Of a stretch of 64,000 nt of DNA, positions 1 to 10,052 are shown in pieces. The DNA comes from an uncultured Candidatus Saccharibacteria bacterium (GTDB taxonomy: Bacteria; Patescibacteriota; Minisyncoccia; Phycocordibacterales; CAIZLB01). The position numbers and the translations under genes are program-made. Each line of letters begins with the position of its first letter. Position 1 is the stretch's first letter. Location: contig CAYJDM010000002.1 of assembly GCA_964368945.1 (NCBI GenBank), positions 85,386 through 149,385 of the forward strand. Direction: 5' to 3'. The notes beneath the pieces are model-generated. The model made no database searches. It was given only the letters and a program-made list of their open reading frames with translations, and was not told the origin of the DNA.

Positions 1-445
1 AGTCTTCTTCATGACATCGCCAGAGCAGGGAGCTCTTACCGTGAAACAGATCGGCACGCTATCAAAGAAGCATCCGCCTTATTTCTTTGATCCTCAGCTG
101 CAGACAGGCTTCGCTGACTATAAGCGCATCCTTGGCGGCACAGATCAGCTCGAAGGAGCGCAATTCGTCTGGGTAAAAACCGATCAGGCCAAAGCGGATG
201 CATTCAAGGCTGCTTTCAAGGAAAAGTACAATAAGGAGCCTGAATCCCTCGCTGATTTCGGATTCGATGCCTTCAATACGCTCATGGCTGCTCGCGCCGC
301 AAGCGTTACTGATTGGAAGGGCAATATCCAAGATACCGATACCGTTGGCGCCTCTGGAGAAATCAAATTCGACCAGAACAATGTGCGCATCCAGGGTATT
401 TCGATCAATACGATCAAGGGCGGGGAGATTGTCGTGGTTAAGTAA
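1..445 (+). CDS. ABC-type branched-chain amino acid transporter substrate-binding protein (LivK/LivJ-like), C-terminal fragment. The ORF is open from nt 2, so the 5' end lies outside the window.
   Basis: The frame is open to the window edge. The C-terminal region (FVWVKTDQAKADAF...GEIKFDQNNVR...IKGGEIVVVK) has the layout of periplasmic Leu/Ile/Val-binding proteins. Confidence 0.5.
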   Translation, partial: VFFMTSPEQGALTVKQIGTLSKKHPPYFFDPQLQTGFADYKRILGGTDQLEGAQFVWVKTDQAKADAFKAAFKEKYNKEPESLADFGFDAFNTLMAARAASVTDWKGNIQDTDTVGASGEIKFDQNNVRIQGISINTIKGGEIVVVK

Positions 446-760
446 AAGAGATATCCGATAAGTGAAGGAATCTTGATCCGATCTTTATCTAAACTTAATC
501 TTCGTTTTGTTAAATTGAGAGCGGACGTTTTCAAGTCCTGCCGAGTCCGTATGAAAAAATCGTACGTTATGGTTATCGGTCTGCTGCGCCTTATGCGCCG
601 GGTCATGACTGCGCCGATACGCTGGAGACAAGTCATTAAGCTTGTTGCCCGACTTCACTTGAGGCAATCCTCCATAGCCACTGCCGGCCGCAAAAAACAA
701 CGCCATCGCCGAATTCCATGGCTTCATATGTTCGATTGAACGGCGACGAATCGAATATCA

Positions 761-812
761 ATCAGCTCCCGCAGGACCTAGCGTCTCTGCGGGAGCTGAT
801 CTATGTATTATT
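761..812 (+). terminator. Hairpin ATCAGCTCCCGCAG-N12-CTGCGGGAGCTGAT followed by a T-rich tail. Terminator-like; the transcript it ends is unknown.
   Basis: A 14-bp perfect inverted repeat read directly (761-774 and 787-800), followed by a moderately T-rich tail. Confidence 0.3.
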
Positions 813-1286
813 GCGGACTATCGGCATGCATGATATCTTATTCCCCGAACCAAGCACACTCGCGTGAGATGCTTGCATTGTTCTCTCAACCAACACATAC
901 AGTTCAATTTCATGAATAACTCCTTGTTCGCCCTCGCACTCTTCGCAAGCATGATTCTTGTCATATTTCTTCTCCTCTCGCTCCTCGAAGGGAGAATGGT
1001 TCTATGGATCCGCTGGAGACATATTCAAAGCCGCAAGTTTCGCTGGTATCACAAAATCCTGCTCAAACGGAAAGAAGGAAAACTGCTGAAGAAGCTCGGC
1101 GCAGCTGAGGGTCCGATTTCTGGGCATATAGCAACAACCGCATTGGCAGATGTGCAGCACGATCTCAGGCATGGTATGAAATATGGCCTCCTTCCTCCGG
1201 GGCCGCGTCGCGTCCTGATGTGGAGCAATCGAGGATGGTGATCCTCCGCTTATCATTCCGGCGACCGTCTGCCTCGATAACAATCA

Positions 1287-1326
1287 AGCTCCGCGTAACA
1301 TCTGTTACGCGGAGCTGATCTTTTTA
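1287..1326 (+). terminator. Rho-independent terminator: AGCTCCGCGTAACA / TGTTACGCGGAGCT stem, then GATCTTTTT.
   Basis: A 14-bp inverted repeat with a short loop and a T5 run. It shares the GCGGAGCTGATC arm and tail with the hairpin at 761. Confidence 0.5.
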
Positions 1327-1354
1327 TAAAATTGCAGAAATCGTTATTGGATGA

Positions 1355-2485
1355 CTACTTAACCGTCCCTTCCAAAAACTTCCAAACCAAATCATTAGTC
1401 ATGAACTGCTCGACATAGATGGTTGCCCGAGTCTTGTCAGCATCCTTGTAATGATTCATGAGGGCTGCGACTTCCTTCTCGACTTCCTCCTTATTCGGCT
1501 CGAGCTTTTCGCTGATGGCGATCTCATTCATGATGACCTGAGTCTTGGCTCGCTTGATTGCATCGGGATTCGCATCCTTTCGCATATCCTCTTCTGTCTT
1601 GCCGATATGCTTGAGATAATCCGTCATGGTCAATCCCATCTGGCTGATCTGTGATGACATCTCGCTCATCATTCGGTTGATTTCAGAATCGATCATGATC
1701 TGAGGGAGCTTGATATCAGACTTCTCGATCAATGCTTCCATGAGCTTGAGGCGGGCGAGCTCCATTTCCTTTCGGCCCTTTTCCTGCTTCATGCTGTCGG
1801 CGATCTTTGCGCGGAATTCCTCTACGGTCTTGAATGGACCGAATTTCTTGATGAAATCTTCATTCACTTCCGGCAGCTCTACGGCTTCCTTGCCATCGGC
1901 TGATTTGCTTCGGCCATGATCATGAGCATGATCATCTGGATTTTCCTCATGCCATTTCTGGTGAGCGACCTGATTCTGCATATCCTTGATTGCCTCGTCG
2001 ATCTCGGCATCCGTTACTTCGAGACGAGCGCTCGCTTCTTCCTGGGCTTTTTTATCAAGAGAAAAGGCATCCTTCGCGAGCTTCTTATAATCCGCGACCT
2101 TCACTTCAGGCAGGGTAGAGATATTCATCTTGAAAGCGAATGGCTCTCCGGGCGCGACCTTCGTGATGAGAACCTTCGGAGAGGCGAGAGGCTTGAGCTC
2201 TGTGGCTACGAGGATGTCCCCATAATGCTTCTCGAGAGCGAGCTGGCCAGCTTCTTCGATGACTGCGATTTCACCGAGTCGGTCTACGAGGACCTTTTCA
2301 GGAATCTTGCCGTCTCGGAATCCATCGAGCTTGATCTGCGTGCCGAGGCTCTTGATCGCCGCATCTCGAAAGAGCGCGACTTCCTCATGCGGAATCTCGA
2401 CGCTTACTACTGTTTCGCAATCGATGAGCTTGTCGCCATCTTTGGCCTGTTCCTGATTTGTGATTTTGAATGGTTTATGTGCCAT
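1355..2485 (-). CDS. tig: Trigger factor (ribosome-associated chaperone), short form lacking the FKBP/PPIase domain.
   Basis: The N-terminal ribosome-binding domain carries the GFRxGKxP signature (KLDGFRDGKIPEKV). The C-terminal TF domain is present. Only about 25 aa sit where the roughly 95-aa PPIase domain normally lies. Confidence 0.8.
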   Translation of the reverse strand: MAHKPFKITNQEQAKDGDKLIDCETVVSVEIPHEEVALFRDAAIKSLGTQIKLDGFRDGKIPEKVLVDRLGEIAVIEEAGQLALEKHYGDILVATELKPLASPKVLITKVAPGEPFAFKMNISTLPEVKVADYKKLAKDAFSLDKKAQEEASARLEVTDAEIDEAIKDMQNQVAHQKWHEENPDDHAHDHGRSKSADGKEAVELPEVNEDFIKKFGPFKTVEEFRAKIADSMKQEKGRKEMELARLKLMEALIEKSDIKLPQIMIDSEINRMMSEMSSQISQMGLTMTDYLKHIGKTEEDMRKDANPDAIKRAKTQVIMNEIAISEKLEPNKEEVEKEVAALMNHYKDADKTRATIYVEQFMTNDLVWKFLEGTVK

Positions 2486-2540
2486 GGGTTTCTGTATTTA
2501 TTTTTGCAAAAAGTTTGCGCTGATAGTTGATAGGTATGGG

Positions 2541-3467
2541 TTAGTTGGGAAGCTTGAGCGAAGGGATGATCTGCTTCTTTCGAGAGACGATTCCTGGAAG
2601 GACTTTCGTATCGGCCTCTACGGTCACTCCGAATGATGTAGCGATGACATCCTTCGTGAATTGATTGTATGCAAGCGCCGTGGCTTCTTCCTTGAGGATG
2701 TCTACGATGAAGAATAGTACGTCATCGACATCTGATTCTTCTGCCTTGATCGTTTCGATCGCTGCTACGAGCCCATCCTTGCGAGCGAGGATTGATTCCG
2801 GATCAGTCGTCTCAACGACTGAAACTCGTACATTCTTGTCGCCCAGAGGACTCTTCTTGCTATCGAGATGGATGAGTCCTTTGTCAGTGAAATCGGATAC
2901 ATCGGACTTTGCCTTGAACATCTCATTTGCATAAGGCTGAATATCGAGTCCGAGAGCTGTTGCGATTTTTTCTGCGACTTCCTTATCTCGCGGCGTCGTT
3001 GTCGGGGATCGGAATGCGAGCGTATCGGATAGGATGGCTGATATGAGAAGTCCTGCCATATCCTGGGGCAATGATTCAGCGTGGCCGCCGATGAGATCGT
3101 AGATAACAGTCGCCGTAGATGCTACCGTCTTGATCGTTACATCGATAGGCTTTCGCGTAGCTATTCCTCCTGCGAGCATATGGTGATCGATGATCTGAAT
3201 GATATTCGCATCGAGGATATTGGCTGGCAATTCCTGGGGATTATTCGTATCGACGATTACTACGGTATCTTCTGCCGTTACATTCTCGATGAGAGTAGGT
3301 TCGGATACATTCCATCTCTTGAGAAGAAAAGAAGTTTCCTTATTCAATTCGCCGAGAACGCATGCCTCTGCCTTATTCGTAGTATGCGTATTGAGATACC
3401 AAGCCCATAATATCGCGCTGACGACCGTATCGGTGTCAGGTGAAATATGTCCAAAAACTTTAATCAT
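2541..3467 (-). CDS. ppaC: Family II (Mn-dependent) inorganic pyrophosphatase, DHH/DHHA2 fold.
   Basis: Motifs: the N-terminal VFGHISPDTDTVVSAI (DHH motif I), IIDHH, and a DHHA2-like C-terminal half. Confidence 0.7.
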   Translation of the reverse strand: MIKVFGHISPDTDTVVSAILWAWYLNTHTTNKAEACVLGELNKETSFLLKRWNVSEPTLIENVTAEDTVVIVDTNNPQELPANILDANIIQIIDHHMLAGGIATRKPIDVTIKTVASTATVIYDLIGGHAESLPQDMAGLLISAILSDTLAFRSPTTTPRDKEVAEKIATALGLDIQPYANEMFKAKSDVSDFTDKGLIHLDSKKSPLGDKNVRVSVVETTDPESILARKDGLVAAIETIKAEESDVDDVLFFIVDILKEEATALAYNQFTKDVIATSFGVTVEADTKVLPGIVSRKKQIIPSLKLPN

Positions 3468-3516
3468 ATTTTGTTTTGCTTATTTGATAATGATTTCGCA
3501 GGTATATGCGCAAATA

Positions 3517-4743
3517 CTATTCAGCATCCTTGAACTTTTCCGCGACATCGTCATTGATGTTCAGGTTCGCAAGGCTTTTGAAATCCTTTTCGTCCACATT
3601 GAATCCGTCCTTGCTGCTTTCATCAGTGGCATCCGCATCTGCGAGAGTCTCACCTTTGACTGATCGGATATCGATTCTCCATCCTGTAAGCTTTGCTGCG
3701 AGTCGAACATTCTGTCCGCCCTTTCCGATAGCGAGAGACTGCTGGTCTTCTGTAACCTCTACGATAGCGGTATTGTCAGTCGTATTTACCTTGACTGAAA
3801 CGGTTCGCGCAGGCTTGAGAGATTCAGCGATATATTTCGCAGGATCCTCATTCCATTCGACGACATCGATCTTTTCTCCTCCCAATTCGCTAGAGACAGT
3901 ATTGACTCGAGTACCGCGCTGTCCAACCATTGATCCGACTGGATCAACATGAGGATCAGTCGCGTATACGGCAACCTTTGATCGGGCGCCTGCTTCTCGT
4001 GCGATTGATTTGATTTCTACTGTTCCTGCTGCTATTTCGAGAACCTCAACCTTGAACAATTCGCTCAAGAATTTAGGGTTGGCTCGCGAGAGTCGGAGAT
4101 AGATTCCTCGAGGAGTCTCATCTACGCGGACGAGGCATGCTCGAACTCGCTCTCCCTGCTTGAAGTGTTCGCCAGGAATCTGCTCTTCATATGGCAAAAG
4201 GCCAAGCGCTCGGCCCATAGTGACATATACATTGCCTCGCTCGATTCGCTCTACGGTTCCGCCTACGATTTCGCCTTCCTTCTTTCCGAATTCTCCTAGG
4301 ACTGAGATCTTCTCAGCTTCTCGGATCTTCTGGATGATGACCTGCTTTGCAGTCTGAGCGGCGATTCGTCCATAGTCTTCCTTGCTTTCGAGAGGGAAGA
4401 TAAGCTCTTCGTTGACCGCGATATCCTTCTTGATCTTTCGTGCATCGTCGATGAGGATATGCTGCTCTTCATTGAAAAAGACCTTGTCCTCAGGAAGCTC
4501 TTCTCCGGCCTCCTTTTCGTAGACTATAGAATCAGGGTCTACGGCTGTTTTGACCTGATAAAAGTGCGTATCCCCCGTATTGACATCGAAAGACGCGCGA
4601 ATGAACTGGCCTCGTCGGCCATATTCCTTCTTGTATGCGGTAGCCAAAGCCAATTCTATGGCTTCAATTATACGTTCTTTAGGGATTCCTCGCTCTTCCT
4701 CGAGCTGTTCTAGGACTGAGTGGATTACTTTAAGGTCAAACAT
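3517..4743 (-). CDS. nusA: Transcription termination/antitermination factor NusA.
   Basis: An N-terminal NusA domain, an S1 domain (GEIVGGTVERIERGNVYV) and tandem KH domains are recognisable. Confidence 0.9.
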   Translation of the reverse strand: MFDLKVIHSVLEQLEEERGIPKERIIEAIELALATAYKKEYGRRGQFIRASFDVNTGDTHFYQVKTAVDPDSIVYEKEAGEELPEDKVFFNEEQHILIDDARKIKKDIAVNEELIFPLESKEDYGRIAAQTAKQVIIQKIREAEKISVLGEFGKKEGEIVGGTVERIERGNVYVTMGRALGLLPYEEQIPGEHFKQGERVRACLVRVDETPRGIYLRLSRANPKFLSELFKVEVLEIAAGTVEIKSIAREAGARSKVAVYATDPHVDPVGSMVGQRGTRVNTVSSELGGEKIDVVEWNEDPAKYIAESLKPARTVSVKVNTTDNTAIVEVTEDQQSLAIGKGGQNVRLAAKLTGWRIDIRSVKGETLADADATDESSKDGFNVDEKDFKSLANLNINDDVAEKFKDAE

Positions 4744-5136
4744 GATATGTATTGTATTTAATTGGTATGAAATTGTGGTGAAAATCCTGCTTTTCAGAGG
4801 AATTTCCGAATTGAGCCTTATTTTTAGCCATATTCAGAGCATTTTGAAGCTCTGCTGGGCCGGATTTTTGGGCAAAATTCAAGGCCCGCCTTTCGGGCGA
4901 ACCGTTACCTCTCTAATATATGCGTTTTGGCGTTTGGTGTCAATTGTGTCTGACATGGCTTTCGTAAGCCGCATGCTCATTATGAAAGGCTGATTTATTG
5001 GCCAATTAGAGCCATATTTCAGATTAAGTTTAGATTAAGAAAAAAATTCTTTTCCCTTGCGGTTCATGAAGGCGGGTGTACGATTAATGTGTTAGCAATT
5101 TGGCGCGAAATTAAGCGCTTTTAACATAAATATAGT

Positions 5137-5889
5137 ATGCAACCTACAACTTCTTCTAATAAGACAATGTGGACATGGATTATCGTAATCGTGGTCCTCA
5201 TAATCATCGGCTGGCTCATCTGGGGAGGCAAAAGCTCTGATATGGCAGTAGCGCCGACGGATACTACTGGCACTACGACTGGATCTGCTATGACAGGCGG
5301 AAATGGCTCAACAGCAGGCTCAAATTCAGGATCAGCGACTAATATTGGAAGCAATTCGGGGGCAAATGGCCTTCCGGCTATCCCTAGCGATGCCACTCTA
5401 ATGGGAATGTTCAATGTCAGCAAGATGCGAGTTCCTTCGACTGGCGTAGACGTGGCTTTGTCAGGAGGACAGGCTTCGTATACTGATGGAACTAATAAGG
5501 GTACAGTCGCTCTCGGATCGATCCTCGCGAAGGTCACTACTACTGATGGATACGATGTATTCGTGAATCTTACGGTTACAAAGATTCCAGTAGCAGGAAC
5601 CGGATCTACGGCGAACTATATCGCTCTATTCCACGTGAAGAATAATGTAGCCAACTATACGTCTGCGGTATTGGTCGGAAACGGCCTCCCCGTTCGAAGC
5701 GTAGAAGCAAAGGCGAATCCAGCGGTTACTGCTGCCGGAACACCGGTCTCTCCATTCATGGATGCGATGAAGGGCTATCTCGTCACGGTTTCTTATCTTG
5801 ACCGAAAGAACAATGAGCCCATGACGACTGCTCCATCAGTGACAAAGGACTTTACTGCCACTGTGAAGGAACATATCATCTCTAAGTAA
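5137..5889 (+). CDS. Hypothetical N-terminally membrane-anchored secreted protein with a Gly/Thr/Ser-rich linker.
   Basis: One N-terminal TM helix (WTWIIVIVVLIIIGWLIWGG), followed by a low-complexity TTGTTTGSAMTGGNGS linker and a beta-rich domain. Confidence 0.45.
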   Translation: MQPTTSSNKTMWTWIIVIVVLIIIGWLIWGGKSSDMAVAPTDTTGTTTGSAMTGGNGSTAGSNSGSATNIGSNSGANGLPAIPSDATLMGMFNVSKMRVPSTGVDVALSGGQASYTDGTNKGTVALGSILAKVTTTDGYDVFVNLTVTKIPVAGTGSTANYIALFHVKNNVANYTSAVLVGNGLPVRSVEAKANPAVTAAGTPVSPFMDAMKGYLVTVSYLDRKNNEPMTTAPSVTKDFTATVKEHIISK

Positions 5890-5914
5890 TATTGAGATCT
5901 CATAAGTAAAAAAA

Positions 5915-5950
5915 GAAAGCCGCATCGCGAGATGCGGCTTTCTTTTTTTT
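5915..5950. terminator. Bidirectional rho-independent terminator GAAAGCCGCATC-GCGA-GATGCGGCTTTC, then T8.
   Basis: A 12-bp perfect stem with a GCGA tetraloop, flanked by an A-run upstream and a T8 run downstream. Confidence 0.8.
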
Positions 5951-5996
5951 CAACACAATGCATGATTTTTTTAAACTAAAAAATGCAAATATGGTC

Positions 5997-6002
5997 TATA
6001 AT
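5997..6002 (+). promoter_or_regulatory. TATAAT -10 box 8 nt upstream of the pilB ATG, implying a leaderless transcript.
   Basis: A consensus TATAAT hexamer ends 8 nt before ATG 6011. No SD is present. Confidence 0.35.
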
Positions 6003-6010
6003 GTCAGTAC

Positions 6011-7765
6011 ATGTTCATCGAATCATCCCAATTGCGAGATGCCTTGCTCGAGGCCAAGATCGTTTCTGAAAAAGATTTCGACAAGGCCTTTGCCGAAGCG
6101 GAAGAAAAGCAGAAAGAAGTCGGCGAAATTCTCATCTCCGGAGGAAAGATTTCCGACGATGATTATCGCCGCATTCTCGCTCATGTTCTCGGCGTGCCAT
6201 TCATCGATCTCAAGCCGATGAAATTGGAATTCGAAGTCCTCTCTCTCATCCCTGAGCCGATCGCGCGCAATCACAATATCGTCGCATATGCGAAGAAGGA
6301 GGATTCGCTCGAAGTCGCTATGCTCGACACTGATGATTTGTCAGCTATAGATTTTGTCAAAAAGAAAACCGGCATGCGCATCCTGCCTCGGCTGACGAAT
6401 GCCGAGTCGATGAAGTCCGCGCTCATCCAGTACCAAAAGACCTTGAAGGCGGATTTCGGAGACATCATCCAGCAGGAAGCATCGAATCTCAAGATGCTCG
6501 CATCAGAAGAAGGGAAGGAGGCGAGCGGAGAGGATCTCAAGAAGCTCGCGGAAGATCTGCCAGTTATTCGAATCGTCGATACTTTGCTGAAGCATGCAGC
6601 GCTTCAGGATGCATCCGATATTCATATCGAGCAAAGCGAGAACGAAGTGATCGTGCGATATCGAATCGATGGAATGCTCCACGATGCCATGGTCTTGCCA
6701 AAGAATGCCGGATCCAGCATCACTGCTCGAATAAAGGTTTTATCAAATCTCAAGCTCGATGAAAAGCGGCTTCCACAGGATGGCCGATTCAAGATCGAGC
6801 TCAATGGAGAAAAGATCTCATTCCGAGTTTCCATTTTGCCTACATATTATGGAGAAAAAACCGTAATGCGATTATTGCGCGAAACGGTTTCTGGATTCAC
6901 GCTTGAGAAGCTGGGCTTTCATGGACGCAATCTCGAAGTCATTCATGAGGCGACGAATCTATCCGATGGCTTGATTCTGACGACAGGGCCTACCGGTTCA
7001 GGAAAGACGACGACGCTCTATACTGTTCTCGATATCGTCAATCAGCCCGACGTGAATATCTCTACGGTAGAGGATCCGGTGGAGTATCAGATGAAGCGCG
7101 TCAATCAGACTCAGGTAAAGCCCGAGATCGGATTCACATTCGCATCAGGATTGCGATCATTGCTTCGACAGGATCCGGATATCATTATGGTGGGAGAAAT
7201 CCGAGACAATGAGACTGCTGCCCTTGCGATCAATGCCGCTTTGACGGGTCACTTGGTGCTTTCCACTTTGCATACGAACTCGGCAGCCGGCGCGATCCCG
7301 CGATTGATCGATATGAAATGCGAGCCCTTCCTCCTCGTTTCTACTTTGCGCGTCATCATCGCTCAGCGCTTGGTCCGACGATTGCATAAGGCTCAGAATC
7401 CCGCGCCTCTTACAAAAGAGGAATATGAGGCGATTGCCAAGCATGTCGATATGGACAAGGTGCTCGATGCTCTCCAGACGGAAGGCATAGTTGAAAAAAA
7501 CGCCACATGGAAGACGGTTCCGTTCTATAAGCCCGTTCCTGATGCCGAAAGTCCCGATGGATACAAGAGCCGAATCGGAATTCATGAGGCGCTCAAGATC
7601 TCTCCAGCGATTCGAGAAATGGTTATCAAGGGCGAAACCAGCGATGCCATCGAAAAGCAGGCGCGATCTGAAGGCATGCTTACCATGATCGAGGATGGCG
7701 TCTTCAAATGCGCGCAGGGAATGACGACGCTCGAGGAAATCCTCCGAGTTGTCAGCGTCGAATAG
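6011..7765 (+). CDS. pilB: Type IV pilus assembly ATPase PilB (GspE family).
   Basis: An N-terminal T2SE_N domain, Walker A (LTTGPTGSGKTTTLY), Walker B and Asp/His boxes, and a tetracysteine-less C-domain. Confidence 0.85.
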   Translation: MFIESSQLRDALLEAKIVSEKDFDKAFAEAEEKQKEVGEILISGGKISDDDYRRILAHVLGVPFIDLKPMKLEFEVLSLIPEPIARNHNIVAYAKKEDSLEVAMLDTDDLSAIDFVKKKTGMRILPRLTNAESMKSALIQYQKTLKADFGDIIQQEASNLKMLASEEGKEASGEDLKKLAEDLPVIRIVDTLLKHAALQDASDIHIEQSENEVIVRYRIDGMLHDAMVLPKNAGSSITARIKVLSNLKLDEKRLPQDGRFKIELNGEKISFRVSILPTYYGEKTVMRLLRETVSGFTLEKLGFHGRNLEVIHEATNLSDGLILTTGPTGSGKTTTLYTVLDIVNQPDVNISTVEDPVEYQMKRVNQTQVKPEIGFTFASGLRSLLRQDPDIIMVGEIRDNETAALAINAALTGHLVLSTLHTNSAAGAIPRLIDMKCEPFLLVSTLRVIIAQRLVRRLHKAQNPAPLTKEEYEAIAKHVDMDKVLDALQTEGIVEKNATWKTVPFYKPVPDAESPDGYKSRIGIHEALKISPAIREMVIKGETSDAIEKQARSEGMLTMIEDGVFKCAQGMTTLEEILRVVSVE

Positions 7766-7769
7766 AAAA

Positions 7770-8972
7770 ATGAAATACGCATACACAGCCATTAACAAGG
7801 AAGGCATGAAATATACCGCGACGCTCGAGGCGGCGGATAAGTCTGTTTTCTATGCCGAATTCAAGAAGATCGGCGATGTGCTCGTGACCGTAAAGGAAGC
7901 GAAAAAGAAAGGGAGCATCGATATCAATTTCATGCGCCGCATAAAGACGCTCGACAAGATCACCTTTGCGCGAAATATCGCAAATATGCTCGAGGCCGGC
8001 CTTTCGCTTTCGCGCTCTATCAGTGTAATCGAGCGCCAGAGCACGAATCCAAAGATGGAAGAAGTCTGCCGTTCCTTGAATGCTTCGATCGCGGCCGGCA
8101 AAAGCTTCAATGAATCGCTCGCGGCGCGACCGAAGGTTTTCTCAAAATTATTCGTCTCGATGGTAAAGGCAGGAGAGGAATCGGGAAACCTCAATGAATC
8201 TCTCAAGCATGTATCGTCGCAGATGGAAAAAAGCTATCTCCTCAAGAAGAAGGTGAAGGGAGCGATGATGTATCCATCGGTGATCATGGGCGTGATGGTT
8301 TTGATCGCCATCCTCATGATGATCTATGTCGTGCCCGCTTTGACAAAGACATTCGCGGACCTCAAGGTTACATTGCCAGCATCGACCAAATTCGTGCTCG
8401 GCATGAGCTCATTCATTCAGAATCATTTCGTGCTCGGCTTCATCGGCCTGCTCGTCTTTATCGCCGCCTTTTTCTATGCGCTCAAGACAAGGATAGGAAA
8501 GAGAATCTTCGATGCATTCACTCTCAGGATTCCCGTCGTCGGCACGATTCTCAAGGAAACCAATTCGGCATATACGACGCGAACGCTCGCCTCGCTGCTT
8601 TCCGCTGGCGTGGATCTCCTACAGGCTGTGCGAATCACGCAGGATGTATTGCAGAATTCATATTATAAAGACGTATTGCTCAAAACAGAGAAGGTCGTCG
8701 AGAAGGGAGGCACGCTATCCTCGGTCTTTACTGAGGAAAAGAAGCTCTATCCGGTCTTCGTAGCCGAAATGATCAGCGTAGGAGAGGAGACTGGAAAGTT
8801 GGCATCCATGCTTATGGGCGTCGCGACATTCTATGAGAATGAGGTGGAACAGAAGACCAAGGACCTCTCTACCATCATCGAGCCTTTCCTTATGGTAATC
8901 ATCGGCGCCAGCGTGGGATTCTTTGCGGTATCGATGATCACGCCTATGTATTCGGTAATGAATAATTTGTAA
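7770..8972 (+). CDS. pilC: Type IV pilus inner-membrane platform protein PilC (GspF family).
   Basis: Two GspF repeats and three TM segments. The ATG at 7770 lies 4 nt after the pilB stop. The table ORF begins at an upstream TTG. Confidence 0.85.
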   Translation: MKYAYTAINKEGMKYTATLEAADKSVFYAEFKKIGDVLVTVKEAKKKGSIDINFMRRIKTLDKITFARNIANMLEAGLSLSRSISVIERQSTNPKMEEVCRSLNASIAAGKSFNESLAARPKVFSKLFVSMVKAGEESGNLNESLKHVSSQMEKSYLLKKKVKGAMMYPSVIMGVMVLIAILMMIYVVPALTKTFADLKVTLPASTKFVLGMSSFIQNHFVLGFIGLLVFIAAFFYALKTRIGKRIFDAFTLRIPVVGTILKETNSAYTTRTLASLLSAGVDLLQAVRITQDVLQNSYYKDVLLKTEKVVEKGGTLSSVFTEEKKLYPVFVAEMISVGEETGKLASMLMGVATFYENEVEQKTKDLSTIIEPFLMVIIGASVGFFAVSMITPMYSVMNNL

Positions 8973-9020
8973 AAAAATCCAGGGTCGGAGAACTGGATCG
9001 GACCAAGGCAAATATACAAT

Positions 9021-9512
9021 ATGAAATTTTCATCAATAAAAAAGCAGGCAAAATCGGCAACAAAGCGAGGATTCACCCTCGTGGAAATGCTCGTCGTCCT
9101 GGTTCTCCTCGGCGTCGTATTTCAGATCTCCATCACGGCATTCTTTGCGATCACGAAGCAGCAGAATCTGGATAAGGATGTAGAAAACGCCTATTCATAT
9201 CTCCTCAAGGCTCGCAATCAGACATTGAATGGCGAGGCGAATAGCGTATATGGCGTTCGCTTTGCTACGACATCCGTCTCGCTATTCAAGGGGCCGACAT
9301 ACAATACCGCAAGCACCACTTCGGTATATTCATTCGTAAACAAATCATATGTCAGCACGATTTCGCTAACGGGAGGAACATACGATGTGATCTTCAGCAG
9401 GATATCGGGAAATCCATCGGCGACCGGAACCGTGATGTATAAAATCGGATCTCTTTCCACAGTTCAGAAAACGATAATCATACATGGCAGCGGTTTGGTT
9501 GAGGTACAATAG
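9021..9512 (+). CDS. Prepilin-type N-terminal cleavage/methylation pilin.
   Basis: Class III signal peptide KRGFTLVEMLVVL (G|FTLxE), followed by a hydrophobic helix. Confidence 0.7.
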   Translation: MKFSSIKKQAKSATKRGFTLVEMLVVLVLLGVVFQISITAFFAITKQQNLDKDVENAYSYLLKARNQTLNGEANSVYGVRFATTSVSLFKGPTYNTASTTSVYSFVNKSYVSTISLTGGTYDVIFSRISGNPSATGTVMYKIGSLSTVQKTIIIHGSGLVEVQ

Positions 9513-9522
9513 TGATATAGAA

Positions 9523-10026
9523 ATGAAAACAATTGATAAAAAAAACAAGGCAGCCAATATCGGGCAGCGAGGATCTGGAATGATCGAGATCCTCATTGCT
9601 GCTGCTCTCATGGGCGTAATCCTCATCGCCGTCATCAATGTCTATTCCTCTCTGACCGCGCTCTCTCTCCAGAATACCGACAAGATCCAGTCAACGTTCC
9701 TTCTCGAAGAGGGCGTTGAGGCGATCCGGACGATGCGAGATGCGAGCTGGTCCAATATTTCCAATATGACGGTTGGTCAGACATATTATCTGCGCTTCCA
9801 GAGCGGTGCATGGCTGGCAACGACGACGCCTCAGATCGTCGATGACTTCTGGAGAACCGCGACTGTCAGCAATGTCAGCCGGGATGGAAGCTTTAATATA
9901 GTATCGAGCGGAGGGACGGTTGATGCCAATACCCGAAAGGTCCAGATATCGGTTGCATGGGAGGTCAAAACAGGGACAACTACTAGGTCTGTCGATACCT
10001 ATATCTTTAATACATTCGGCAATTAG
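9523..10026 (+). CDS. Pseudopilin / minor pilin.
   Basis: N-terminal RGSGMIEILIAAAL, with E at +5 after the cleavage Gly. Start placed at ATG 9523, after the upstream stop. Confidence 0.6.
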   Translation: MKTIDKKNKAANIGQRGSGMIEILIAAALMGVILIAVINVYSSLTALSLQNTDKIQSTFLLEEGVEAIRTMRDASWSNISNMTVGQTYYLRFQSGAWLATTTPQIVDDFWRTATVSNVSRDGSFNIVSSGGTVDANTRKVQISVAWEVKTGTTTRSVDTYIFNTFGN

Positions 10027-10052
10027 CAGGCGGCCCAGAAATTTTTATCCAT

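Noticed and set aside
1287-1326. Terminator for tig on the minus strand
   Set aside because: The T-run follows the hairpin only on the plus strand. On the minus strand the U-stretch would precede the stem, so the element is oriented to stop plus-strand transcription.
5958-6221. 87-aa ORF overlapping the pilB start
   Set aside because: It lies in a different frame over the conserved PilB N-terminal domain. It is Lys/Ser/Arg-rich and has no support.
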